From positions 2,083,502 to 2,147,501 of the forward strand of contig MU058059.1 of NCBI GenBank assembly GCA_013265495.1: a stretch of DNA of 64,000 nucleotides, read 5' to 3'. Source of the stretch: Vicugna vicugna (Eukaryota). A program made the translations under genes and the position numbers. Within the stretch, counting starts at the first letter, position 1. Each line of letters starts with the position of its first letter. Shown here one piece after another: positions 24,627 to 36,879 of this stretch. Under the pieces are notes generated by a model that was given only the letters and a program-made list of their open reading frames with translations, had not been told where the DNA came from and searched no databases.

Positions 24627-26719
24627 CATTTCTCTCCTGAATCAAAATATAGTTCCATCATTAAAGGGCTGAATTCCTCAAGGGGGAAGGTTATGCAGAT
24701 GAAGGAAGAATATAAATTGAAACCAAAAGAGAAAATAAATCCTACCCAACTCCAGATTTTGAAGGGCCCGGAGTTCCGGCACAGTGACTTATTACACCTA
24801 CCACTGAGAGAAGCAGGGACGTCAAGGTTAATTGCATCCTACTTCCAACAGTACACAAAACAAAGACTCAGAATACTAACAGGCGCACAATATGACAACA
24901 GCACTGAGACCTCGCTTTGTCCCCAGCTGGCACCCACAGCCTGCGTTAAGCTGTGTGAGATTCAGGCCAAGTTAGGCTGACAGACGAGTGAAATTCTGAC
25001 CTTGGAGGTCAGTGAGTGACCTTCAATAGTCAAAGGCGAGCTAAGTCTCACACTTCTTTCTCATCTAACTCTACACACCACTCCCATCCTGAGGGAGCTG
25101 CTTGATCACTTTTCTTTTAAAAGACCGAGTTTAATGGAAGCTCCAGGCAGAAGTGAGCCTCGGCACACAGCCCCGCGCCAGTCATCCCATCTCCCAGACG
25201 GGCTTCCTGCCCGAGGGCCCAAGGCTGAGCCGCAACCCCCACAGCACGCAGGACCTCGGGAGGAACCTGACATTTGTCCTCCCGTGGCTGCAGGACAAGC
25301 TGGTACAAGTGAAACCTGTTTAACCACGGGATGGGGAAATTTCCCGGGCATGCTGTGGGGTGAGAAGTCACCAACCCGACACTCTTCTGCATCCTCCTCT
25401 TGCCCCATTTCTCCAGAACATTCTGCACTAAAGAGCCAGCCATTCTTTCTCTTGCCTGGTTTTCATGAAGCTGTCACACGGTTTCTCCTTAACCCGGTGC
25501 TCCCTTTGGGTCCTCCCCACCTCCCCTTCCTCCTGCTACGTCCTTGTTCTTATCTTTTCCCACTGAGAAGCCTGAACACAATCTCAAGCTTGTGCCCACC
25601 ACCAGACTTGTTTTCCTCCAAAATCTGCTTCTTTTTCTCGTCCAGTTGCTCAGCTTTAACTCGGGTGAGCCTATCATTTCTTGTCCAAACTAGCACACTT
25701 GCAAAGAGAAGAGCACGAATAATTACACCAGAGCAACAGGCTCAGGGCACAGTGGCCCCAGGCAAACCAGAGGGACATGTGGTCCCACTGTCTGGAAGCC
25801 ACTTCTCCAAGTCACCAGTCCCTCTAATTTGACATGTAACATACTCTCCTCACAGACCTCCCTCTCCGCTCATTTCTCCTCCTGTTTTATCCTGCATATC
25901 TTTCCCTGCTGCAAAACTTGCCATATTTCCTGATAACGGAAGGAAAAGGGCATCAATTATTTAGCCCCGAGTTCAAGGCTTTCTGAGGTCTCAGCCAACG
26001 TTTATAACCACATTGCTCAGAGCCAAGCCGATCAAATTCACCACCCGCTGCCCAGGACCCATCCTGGGCTTGCTCCCTCCCCCTCTCAGCTTTCGCTCTG
26101 GAATGTTCTTCAGACCCCACCCCATACCATCTTCATAGACCCGCATCCTATCTATCCTCAGAGCTCCCCATCTCAGACTCCTCCACAAAGCCTTCCCACA
26201 ACAGGCATTTAGAGTGTAAGCGACCTGATTTCCCAGCTACAAGTAACTCTCTCCTTTGAACATGATACTTAATTTGTATCCCTTTTGTGGTACTTAGCCC
26301 TTCTGACCTTGAAGTAGAGTTACTTAGATTCATGTGTTTATCTCCCCATAATATACAGCAAATTCCTCTGGAATGAGGATGTGAATTCAATTTATCCAAG
26401 GAACTTAGTCCTTGGGAGGTGCTGAGCACATACCTGTGATTCTTCCACAGGTTCTTCTAAATACTTTTCAGTGACTGCCTGGAAAAGTCTGTTAACCGCA
26501 TTTCCTTACTGGTTTTGTCCTCAAATACTTTCAGCCTGGGTACAACTGCCAGAAACTAGTCTAAAGCTCTACATTTTCCTTTCTCTCTTGTGGAGAGGGG
26601 AGGGAAGCCTGGCAAGAGGCATGCTTAGAGCTGGCACAGAGTGTGAGGGTCACTGACATTCCTACGAATGTCAAGTCTATTAGCATCAGGCAGTGAGAGA
26701 TGGGGCTGCAGACGGACAA

Positions 26720-27730
26720 ACTGAGAATCGGGAAGAACAATACGACTTTGCTGACCAACGCCCAGGACGGTTACTGCCCATGGGGCTCCGAAGGGCCGTG
26801 TCCACCGCCCCCTTCACCTCAGGGGAAACGGCGCTGCGGGCGGACGAGCGAGGTGGCTGCGGGGGCACCGAGGTGCGTCACGGCCAGAACCCCTCTCCTG
26901 CCCCTGCTGTTTGTGTCTTTAAAGACTCGCGTTCACGTATAAGAGATGAGTTCCTGGTGCGGATCCCTGTGAAGCAGAAGGGAAACATGGGAAACCGTCC
27001 AATCTCTGGAGAGGGATAAGGGTTCCTCACGGGACCACGCGTGCAAAGGGCCTGGCTGGTCCGAGGAGGCCGGGGCGGGGGGCCTGGCACCTGCTCGGCT
27101 GGCCGGTCACCTCCTGCGGGTCACACGCGGGCACAGAGCAGAGCTCCGCGTCTCTCCGCCCTCAGGCGCCTCCATGAGCATCCTGACCCTCCTGGCCCCT
27201 GGCCACGTGCAGGACGAGGGCGGCGGAGGGGACGCCGCTGCCCGCACACGCAGCCCGCGGCCCGAGGGACGTGCGCCGCGCGGGGCGCACGGCTGAGGGG
27301 CGCTGAGGGGGCAGCGCGCTCCTTCCACAGGCTTCTTACCTTTCGTGCTGCAGGCGCTCAAGGCCTGGCAGGCTCCCTCGGGCTTCGGGCAGACGGAAGA
27401 ACACTCGCGGAGACACTGGCGGAGCCGCAGGCGTTTCTGACGTGCCTTCGCTACGGAGGGCCACAGCCGCCGCAATGGCGGCCACGGCGGAAGGTCCCGG
27501 CCGCCGTGTGCACGACGCCGCGTCCGGCTGCGAGAGGGGCTGCCCAGTGCGCCTGCGCGCTGCAGGGCCTGCGCTCAGCGCCCCCAACACACCGTGCTGC
27601 GCATGCGGGATAGTCCTCTGCGAGGGCGTCTGAGTGATTCCATTTCCCCTGCACCTGTCCTCGCGAGACGGAGGTGAAGAGGAGCGACTAGAGAAAACCC
27701 CCACGGTTGTTTCCAGCCTCGAGACACACA
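26720..27730. promoter_or_regulatory. CpG island promoter
   Basis: About 1 kb of very GC- and CpG-dense sequence in a CpG-depleted background. Motifs: GC box GGGGCGGGGG 27072-27081, CRE half-site TGACGT 27438-27443, YY1-like CAATGGCGGC 27473-27482, NRF1-like TGCGCCTGCGC 27548-27558 and TGCGCATGCG 27598-27607, BANP-like CCTCGCGAGA 27659-27668. Confidence 0.9.
27340..27520 (-). other. Putative first exon (5'UTR or lncRNA) of an unidentified minus-strand gene; 5' end approximate
   Basis: Near-consensus donor AAG|GTAAGA on the minus strand (intron begins at 27339) inside the CpG island. The NRF1/BANP-like motifs lie upstream for this orientation. No ATG-initiated ORF reaches the donor. Confidence 0.6.
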
Positions 27731-27755
27731 CACACACACACACCCACACACACAC
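27724..27755. repeat. (CA)n microsatellite flanked by a 19-bp direct repeat
   Basis: cacggttgtttccagcctc at 27702-27720 and 27753-27771. Confidence 0.95.
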
Positions 27756-27844
27756 GGTTGTTTCCAGCCTCCATTTTCTTTCAAGAGCATCTCCTTCAAC
27801 ATTGTTCTACCCACCAGTCTCTCTGTCACAGCTGCTAGTGACAT

Positions 27845-28567
27845 CCACTAATTATCAGACAAATGCAAACCAAAACCATGATGAGGTGTCACCTCATACC
27901 AGTTAGAATGGCCATCATTCAAAAGTCCACAAACAATAATTGCTGATAATTGCTGGAGAGAGTGTGGAACCCTCTTGCACTGTGAATTGGTGCAGCCCCT
28001 ATGGAAAACAGCATGGAGGTTCCTTGAAAAGCTAAAAATAGACTTACCCTATGATCCAGCAATCCCACTCCTGGGCATATATCTGGAGGGAACTGTAATT
28101 TGAAAAGATATATGCACCCCAATGTTCATAGCAACACTATTTACAATAACCAAGATGTGGAAGCAACCTAAATGCCCACTGACAGATGACTGGGTAAAGA
28201 AGTTGTGGTATACATATATAATGAAATACTAGTCAGCCATAAAAAATAATTATGCCATTTGAAGCATTTGGATGGACCTGGAGATCATTATACTAAGTGA
28301 AGTAAGCCAGAAAGAGAAATACCATATGATCACTTATATGTGTGGAACCTGAAAAAAAAAAAAAGACACAGATGTCCTTATTTACAGAACAGAAAACAGA
28401 CTCACAAACAGAAAACAAATGTATGGTTACTAGGAAGTGGGTTGGAAGGGATAAATTGGGAGTTTGAGATTGCAGATAATAACTACTATATAAAAAACAG
28501 ATAAACTACAAGTTTATACTCTATAGCACAGGGACCTACATTGAATATCTTGCAGTGGTCTATAATG
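27845..28567 (+). mobile_element. L1 fragment (ORF2 C-terminal region plus partial 3'UTR), disrupted
   Basis: cacctcataccagttagaatggccatcat...ccctatgatccagcaatcccactcctgggcatatatc...ggatggacctggagatcattatactaagtgaagtaagccaga. No poly(A) tail. Confidence 0.95.
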
Positions 28568-29679
28568 CTGTTCAGATTACACCCAAAGTGTCAGGTATGT
28601 TACACTGAGTGGCTTCTGGGAGTGTTCTATTCCTGATTCAGTGCATTGGATTTGCCCCCGTTCGTCTGACTAAATGAACCCCATGTACAATTTACACATA
28701 TCATAATAGAAGGTGAGGGATTTTCTCTTCTATTTTGAGATGGTACCTATGGTAGCTGTTTTGTAATAAGCAAATTTTATTTTCAGATTAGCAGTTTTCC
28801 TTTTTAAAATCTTGAGATCATATTTCAGAGACTGCTCAAGCATAAAAACCAAACCGCAGGCCCTCTTCATTCCCACATCAGAGCTCCTGTACTGGGAGGA
28901 GTTTAAGGAATAGGAAAGGATGCACGGACTTGAGAGGCATCACCCCATGGGGTGTATATGTTCTTATATGACAGCTTGTAAATCACAAGGCAGGCCCGCC
29001 TTGAATTCCACCCGGGAGGCCAAGAGAACTATTACAGCTACTTCAGCACACACATGAAAAGGCTTTAGGCAAACTTGCTAGATGTTCCCCTTACAAGGAC
29101 AACTTGAATCAGCTCCAGCAAGTGTCCATTCCAGTCCAAGTAAGGGGCCATCCTTGCTTCATCTGATTAGTAGAGTCTGGGCATCACTAACTACCTCTGT
29201 TCTAACCTGCTCATCAACATCCTACCATCCCAAACGAGGACTCAGGCTTCTTTTCTGCTATCTAACTGCTAATAGCCCTGAGATGCCATTCTTGTTGTGG
29301 GAGTTAGGATCATTAATTCACTGTGGTAGACTGTGTTCTCGTGCACAGCTGTGGCTGGTGATTGTAACAATAATATTACTTTTCATAGTTAACTCATGAC
29401 CCTCTCTGTGGGCACACCTTCAAATGAGCATCAGTGCAGCTGTATCATTTACAGCATACATGGCTATGATATGTCCTTATTTATCTTGTTCTCTGGATAG
29501 TGGTGGCTCTGCAGAAAACAGGAGCATCTCCAGAAAGACGGATGCAAGGCAGCACCGATGCCGTTTTCTGACTCAGTTGCAAAGGGTTATTGGAACTCAT
29601 GTTTCCTCCTCTGGAACACATTCAGGACAGACAGCATTTTGCAAGGTTTGGGCTTAAAGATCTTGGGAATGCTCCAAAG

Positions 29680-29975
29680 CAATGGTTCTAGAAGTATTTT
29701 GGTAAAGGACTAGTTTGTTTTGTTTTGCTTTTTTTTTTTTACAATTTATAATCCATTCCACACTGATACTTATTTCAAATACAATAAAAATGAATGACTA
29801 GAAAAAGGATACGAAAAATGTAAGTCCCAAATTTAAATATTAATTCAGCAAACATGAAATGACTGTCAAATTCCTATAAAAGTTTCTAAACGCTCATTCT
29901 CAGTGTCATCTCTTCATGGACCAGGAACAAACTGCTGACAGGTACCTTCCTCAGACGGCAGTGTGAATATGATGC
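29680..29975. mobile_element. Probable hAT-Charlie DNA transposon fragment
   Basis: caatggttct-type terminus and AT-rich body. Family uncertain. Confidence 0.5.
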
Positions 29976-31204
29976 TGTGTGCAACCATGGACCAGGACGC
30001 TCTCTCAGGACCCCCACCCACCCCACTCCAACACCCAGAGTTCTGTGTATATCTTAAGACTCGGCCTGAGCATGGACTATCACCTTCAACTCTAAAATTA
30101 TGACCCTAATTGTATCGGTATCTGGTTCAAGAGCACAGCGGACTGTTATGTACTCTGTTCGTGAACACACAAATCACAGCTTCCCTATCTGGTCCCTTAA
30201 GAAGGGATGCCTTGCTGTTCTGATTAATTATGCATCAGTTAATTAATTTGTTGGCTGTAGTGGATTGAATCAATTATTTTAAATGGCTTTTAATTGTTAA
30301 TATATGCGTTATAACAAAAGACAAAAGCTGTTAATAGAATTCAACATGAAAACCTCCCAGGACAGGGGATGGCCTTGTAGAGTCAATTATTTAAAGTTTC
30401 CCAAAGCATCTTTGTGACATTCAAAAAGCCAATAGTATCTGAAGCAATTCTGTTTAAGCATCCTTTTAGAAGTAATCCTAAACTAATACATACATGAATT
30501 AGGCTTGGGACTTCGCCGAAAGATCATTGTGACCCCTACAGCTGCCTCTACGTTCCTGCACGCAGGTCTCTAGGATGGTTCCTTGGGGACAGGATTGCCT
30601 CTGTTCAACTGTGTGAACCCGCTGACCACTCAGTGCTGTGTAGGTGAAGCAGGCACTGAGTGTCTGTTAACAAGGATGAGTGGCGGGGAGGATTCGCGAT
30701 TCTCTCTTGCTTCAGGGAAGAAGACAGTGAAAGGATGGAGTCTGGGCAACGCTGGCCGGGGGTAGGAGCAGAAGGGACTATATAAATGTCACCATCTTGT
30801 CTCAGCCAGTCTGGAAACCTGGATCCCAGACGCCAGCGGCAGAAGAAGGCTTCCGCAGAGCTTGCAGCCCCTGAGAGGGGCAGGGACACAGCGCCTCCCA
30901 CTTCTGCTCCTGGGTCCACTCCACGGGCTGAGAGGGATGGTTACAGAGCCTGGGGTCACAGCAGTCAGCAGCTTCCTTCCCCCACAGGACCCCACTCAGC
31001 AGCCATAGGGAAGGTCTTCAATAATGAGCCAAAGTAGCTCTTTGGCTAAACTTCAGAGACTTGGGAAGTCCAGAGCTGATCTATAAGAAGTGTCATTTCA
31101 CAGGCTGATTCCTGCTTTTGAAAATTGTCTGCCTGATGTCCCAAAGAAGGTGGTTGGTAACCAGTAGAATAAAATTGGTTTGGTGTAGTTTTCAAACCAT
31201 CATT

Positions 31205-31770
31205 TGGTTAATTCATTTACTGTCCACACATTTGAGAGCCCCCATTCGCTGGGTCACGTGCCAGGTGCTGGGTTAAAGAGAGAAAGCTGTCCATCTACAT
31301 TTACAACGAGATGTGTCTCTACTCACAGACATTTGTAGCATCGTGAATGAATGTCGCAAAAGGGAAATAATGAGGCTTTTGCTAACGTACTGAAATGCTT
31401 CTTAACCCTGGGCTCACAGAGTCCCAGAGGTTTCATAAAGGAGATGAGTCTGGAAGGACATGGTCAGAGGAGTCAGCTAAGCAAAATAATCAGGTCAGAG
31501 TGGGGATATATCTGGCAGATAAAGACCCAGACCTGTGAAAGGCCTGAGGAGTTTGTCAGGGCCAGAGCATAGGTTGCTGGAGGTCTGGTCTGAACCTCAC
31601 CGGTGATGAGAAGGCACTGCGTGGTGTTAACATGCAGAATGCGTGAGAGTGTCCGTGTTTGGGAAGCTCATCACAGCGCTGTGTGGAGAATGGGCTGGAG
31701 AAGGGTGCAGACAGGGAGCGAAGAGGGAGACTAGGACCCTGCTGCAGCAATTCAGGGAAAAGTGATGAAA
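31205..31770 (-). mobile_element. L2 fragment
   Basis: attcatttac...gtgccaggtgctggg...gagatgagtctggaagga...tgtgaaaggcctgagg. Confidence 0.7.
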
Positions 31771-32059
31771 ACCCCAAATAACTCAGCTATGAGGCTGGGA
31801 TGGAGACGTGGGGTGGCAGTGAGGACACTGTGCTGTGGCCCCCGAATGCCCCACCAGTGAAGGCTTGCTGCGCTTTTCTGGGAATTGCCCAGGGTAGACA
31901 GCCTTCCATAGCCAACCCACCGGGGACTGCCGGAGTGGCACAGAACGCCTCGCCTGAGGTCACTTCCCACCCCAGTGTGGGCTGCTGGCTGGGTGATGTG
32001 AGCACATGCAGGCATGGCGAACATGGTTTATTTCAGGGCCACTCTGGAGGGCTCTTGCA

Positions 32060-32260
32060 GCCCATTCAGTCTGATTCCACTTAAGAAAGCATGCTTAAGC
32101 TCCTGTGCTAATCTCAGCATCATTCTGGGAGCTCAGAGGATGCAGTGTGAATAGGAGTTAGTCTCTTCCTTCCCGAGATTCTCAGTTTAGTGGAGGACGC
32201 ATGCACTTGAATAATACTGACACGGTGTGACAAAGCTCAATGAGACAGAGGCGTTTGCAG
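32060..32260 (-). mobile_element. L2 3'-end fragment
   Basis: cattcagtctgattcc...aagctcctgtg...ttctcagtttagtggagg. Confidence 0.5.
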
Positions 32261-32549
32261 AATGCAGAGTAGAAGGGAAGTATCTTTATCAGCTCTTTCT
32301 GATTATCTCACCTGGCTCCACCCTGCTCATCCAGTCTCAGCTCCCCCCTCCCCACATGTGTGCTCCCTGCCTGGGGGTGGTAACCAGCCTCCAGGGATCC
32401 TTGACTTGAGAAATTCACACCCTGTGTGGTCTCTCCTCACCCCGCATCCACCTCATAACCCATTAGAGAGGGCTGCTATCTCTAGCCAGCAGGATATTGT
32501 GCAGATGCTAAGCTGTAACTTCTGAGGCCAGGTCAGGCTTTTTTGTGAA

Positions 32550-32815
32550 GAAAACATATGATGTGCTGGTTGTCAGGACACTGGACATCAGTCGTGAAGG
32601 ACAGTGATTGCCGACAGGTGGGAGGCAAAGGAGTTTACTGCCTTGAGAGTTTCCAGGGCACGGCACGGGAAGGGGGTGACCAGCAGGAAAAGGCTCGATG
32701 AGCTGAGGAGACAGAGCTGAGCATCTAGGGAGAAGGTGCCAGAGGTTACAGGACAGAATCCTCACAAGGGAGCAGCCCTGAAGGAGAACTTCAGAGCTCT
32801 GCACACCCCTGCGAG
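32550..32815 (+). mobile_element. Old L1 (L1M) 5'-region fragment
   Basis: acactggacatcagtcgtgaaggacagtgat...agctgaggagacagagctgag resembles old L1M 5' sequence. Confidence 0.45.
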
Positions 32816-32837
32816 TTCAGCCCGCGGGATCCCATAT

Positions 32838-32957
32838 GACCTCATTTTACTCAGTTATCCCATTAAAGGCCTTGTGTCCAAATGCACCACATTCTGAGGT
32901 CCTGGGGCTTGGACTCCAACATGTGACTCTTGAGGGGACACAATTCGGCCCGTAACA
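32838..32957 (-). mobile_element. MLT1 LTR fragment
   Basis: gacctcatttta...cacattctgaggtcctgggg...ggggacacaattcggcccgtaaca, homologous to 4042-4164 in this window. Confidence 0.85.
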
Positions 32958-32959
32958 GT

Positions 32960-33135
32960 ACCTGTGAGGTCAGCTATGGTGGTTGTTTTCATTTTACAGA
33001 GAAGAAAACTGAGGCAGAACTGCTGCTGAACTGTCCAAACTTGCACCCTGACCCAGTGCCGGAGCCTGGAAATGTGCACAGGTGGTCCGAGGGCTCCAGA
33101 AGCACATTCTCACCAGCCAGACTGTGCTGACTCAC
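32960..33135 (-). mobile_element. MIR SINE
   Basis: cctgtgagg...cattttacagagaagaaaactgaggcaga. Confidence 0.7.
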
Positions 33136-33972
33136 AACTGCCCCAGCTGCTCTCAGTGGTGGGCCTGGCCTCAGGCTTGCCCCAAAGCCTAACTCGTCAC
33201 AGACGGAATCAACCCAGTAGGAATACTGCTCAGCGTCTCCAAACACCTGAGTGCCGGAGTCCTTCAGGCATAAAGTGGAGAAACTGAGACTGGAAGTCAG
33301 CACTGGGGATGCCACGAGCAGCAGCTTCGGGGGGTCAGTAGGGTGAGTGACAGCCGGGACCTTTGGTGGCCACCACGCCGTGACACTGAAAGGGGTCAGA
33401 GGACCAACGACTGTTTCTTTGCAAGGGTCTCTTATTAGTCTAGTGGTTTAATTTTGAGGCTGCCTATGTTTACAAAAGCATGTAATAAAAATGAGCAGAA
33501 GGCATAATTAATATGCCACTGGGATCTTGAAATAATATGTGGATTGTTTGAGGGCTTTTAATTTACTTTAACTTCCTTAATGTACTGTAATATACTACGC
33601 AGACATATGCAATATAATTTTAAATCACTGGAGGCTTTCTTTTCTGATAGTAATTAATTTCACAGCGCCGCAGTATTTCTTTGACTAAATCTCTCAGGCA
33701 GCAGACGGCACGGATTCCTTTTTTACCTCCGCTTAAAATGCTCTCAGGAACTTCTCTATTTCTCAAAACCATTTTTTTTTTCCTGGCTTGTTTGTCTCCT
33801 ATGCAATATTTAGGTGTGTCAGCCCCAACTTTTGTCTTTATTATTCAGTAAGGCATGTTCTGAAAGGTATTTATAAAAGAGTCTGGGAAATCACCCATGT
33901 GGTTTCATTCAACAAAATATTTAGGTACGATTCTAGGCACTGGAAATGCAGCCATGAAAAAGCCCTTTCTCT

Positions 33973-34293
33973 CTCTCTCTCTCTTTTTTTAATTCTTATT
34001 TTTCACTGAAGTGTAGTCGATTTACAATGTTAGTTTCAGGTATACAGCAAAGCTATTCAGTTATACATACATATATATTTTTCAGATTCTTTTCCATTAT
34101 AGCTTATTACAAGAAATTGAATAGAATTCCATGTACTATGCAGTAAGTCCTGTTGTTTATCCATTTTATATATTGTAGTGTGTATCTATTAATCCCAAAC
34201 TCTTAATCTATCACTCCCTCTCTTTCCTGCCCTGGTAACCACAGTTTTCTATGTCTATGAGTCTATTTCTGGTTTGTAAATAAAATTTATATC
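33973..34293 (-). mobile_element. 5'-truncated L1 3'UTR with TSD, nested in L2
   Basis: Antisense L1 end gaagtgtagtcgatttacaatgttagtttcaggtatacagc. TSD aaaaagccctttctct (33957-33972) / aaaaaggcctttctct (34294-34309). Confidence 0.9.
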
Positions 34294-36879
34294 AAAAAGG
34301 CCTTTCTCTTGATGTCCAGTGATGTAAGAGAAGTGAGTGCAGTCCTCCGACCTCATCATGACTGTATTCTTGGCCACTGAGTAAGGAGGTCCCTGCAGAG
34401 GAAGAGCTGAGCTGGGTCTGCTCAGAATCCAGAATGTAAGTTTGGGGGCCCTGTAAATGCTCCCTGGTCAGGGCTGGCCCAGCACCTGGCCCTCCAAGCC
34501 CAGTGGCCCCAGCACGGTGGCTGTCAGCCGGGGGTGGGGGGGCATGGGACCCAGCTGGCTGGCTTCTCCTCCACCAGCTGCATAGAAGGTACATTTTATG
34601 TGTATTACCCAAATAAAGCTGAACTTTCAAGCTCTCGGTACAGCATCGCATGCCAAAGAAAACACCAGTCAGATATCAAAAGAAGCAATTAAAAGCAATT
34701 AAAAAATCTGCATACACTGTCAAAAAAAAGCAAGAAGGGAGTTCATTCATAAATGTAAGCAAAGTTGTTAAAAATCCTTTTAAACCATGGATCTCCCCAA
34801 AGGCCCACTCCCAGCACAGCAGCTGCCTCGGTCGGCTTCTCAGGTTCCTAAAGGAGATGGGGTGGGGCAGAGAGCTGAGTGTGAACTTCACACCAAGCCT
34901 GAGGGGCGCCCATGCACGCAGGCTGGTTTAGGATGGAGCAGGAGCCTCTGACTTCTCTGTTGTCCTCCTGCTCTGGGAGTTCATTCATTGCCTGATTCCC
35001 AGCCGGGTCCTGTACAGGGTGGTCCTACCCGAGCTCTGGCTGCCCTTCCCAGGGAGACCTACTCTGCTGCCCTTTCCTTCTGGTGGAGTCCTTGCTGAGG
35101 GGAGTGAAGTCACTGGAGTCTTTCTTTCCTGATAGTAATTAACTTCATAGCACGACACCAGCTACTTCTTAGACTAAAGCTCTTGGGCAACAGGCAATGC
35201 AGATTCCCACATGGTCAGAAACACTTGGGCTCACACGGTCCACTGTCCCCAAGTCCCCACCCCTGATGCCCCTCCCTTCTGCTCTCAGGTCCAATGACAC
35301 CTCTTTACCTCTGCCTGTATCCACCCCTGGTTTCCAGCAGGGACAGAAACTTGATCCCTGCTAACCATTCTGCACCCCCATTTTATTCTGGTCCGGGTAG
35401 ACGATCTTGCTATTTTTTCAGTACTGTGGTTTTTTTAAATGGATCCTTTAAAAAAGTAAGCAAATGTATATTTTAAAATTATTTTATTTTTCATAGCTTT
35501 GTGTTTGAAAGGCGATGTGGGCTTTTCTACAGGAACTTGCTCTGGCTCCTTGACCACCACTGATGGTCATCTGCATCATTCTCATAAAGTGTGGAGTCTT
35601 CCATTTATATGAATATTTAATCCTCTTCACTTGGCTTTGCCCACAACTAAAGGAACACTGGCTCATGGGGAGGAGATGGGAGCTGTGGTGGAGGGGGAGT
35701 CAGCAGGAACAGGATTTGTCCTGCCAGGTATCAAGCGATGTCTAAGCTCAGGCTTGAGAGTAAACCCGTCATAGGATTTCCAGGATGGCTTCCAGTGCCG
35801 GGTGCGCAGAAATGGGATGCTTCTGTCTATCCATCTTCTCCTCCTTCTTCTTGGCCTGCCCCTTCCCGTCCATCACACTTATGAAGACACGAAATTTTGG
35901 GGGGCTCAGCCTTTCTTCTTCCTGCAATCTTTCTCTGCCTCCGTGTCACCAATCCTTAATCAGATCTCCCACCCTTCTGCCTACAATTCATAGCTTTGTA
36001 AGCCGAGATTACCTTTGCAGCAAGCATCTCCACATCCAAGACCCCTAGTAACGTTGAGTACCTCCTTCCAGGCCTTTGTTAAGAGCAGGGGAACTGGAAG
36101 GTTTGGAAAGTCTCATTGAAAACCTTTGTTTCTTAACAAGAATGAGTGATACTACATATAAGAAGTTAAAATATTCTATAATTAATTGCATTAAAGTGTT
36201 CACTTGATGCTGATTAAAGACTTTTTTTGAAACTAACAAAATAAGAAAGGAGAAAAAATTTGAAAAATTTTTATGGGCTTCCCACCCTTTTTGCATAATA
36301 CGAAAATAACCATGTAGCTCAGTGAATATGCCAAATTACCTTTGCTGGAAGTTTCATTTCATTACAAAAGAAAATAAAGGAATATTTATTATGGAGAGAG
36401 ACCTCAAGTTGATACATTTCTACAATGTTGCATTATATATGTATAATACAAATACAAATATATACATATAAGTTGTCATAGTTTGTTGTGTATGTATCAC
36501 CAGTTCTGCTATTACAGTTGTTTTCTGCTCAAAACTAGAAAAATTTTAGAGGAAAAAGAGTTTGTTAGTGGCTAACTAACAGCTGATCAGATAAACTTAT
36601 TTTAGCAAAGGATTTAATAGTTCGTAGTGGCTAAGGATTTGCCTCACCCACATAATATGCTGCATCTTAATAAACCCCCTGGACATCTTACCTAAAGATT
36701 GAGCAGGAGAAGAAATTTCACTACCAGTAATAGGCTAATTTGGATATATTTTGTAGGATTTTCCAGCATACTGCCAGACAGCTCAGAAAGCAGACATACT
36801 TCCTTGTGCTCACAAAACTGGTCTTGCCCTAGGGAAAACAAAATATCACAGCACGCCACTGAATCTTATGACAAGCAGA

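Noticed and set aside
25134..25832. Longest ORF (232 aa, plus strand)
   Set aside because: Pro/Ser/Leu low-complexity translation, no recognisable domain and no exon structure. Consistent with chance.
27041..27613. 190-aa Arg/Gly/Ala/Pro-rich ORF and overlapping ORFs in the island
   Set aside because: GTG start and open frames on both strands, as expected from the scarcity of stop codons in GC-rich DNA.
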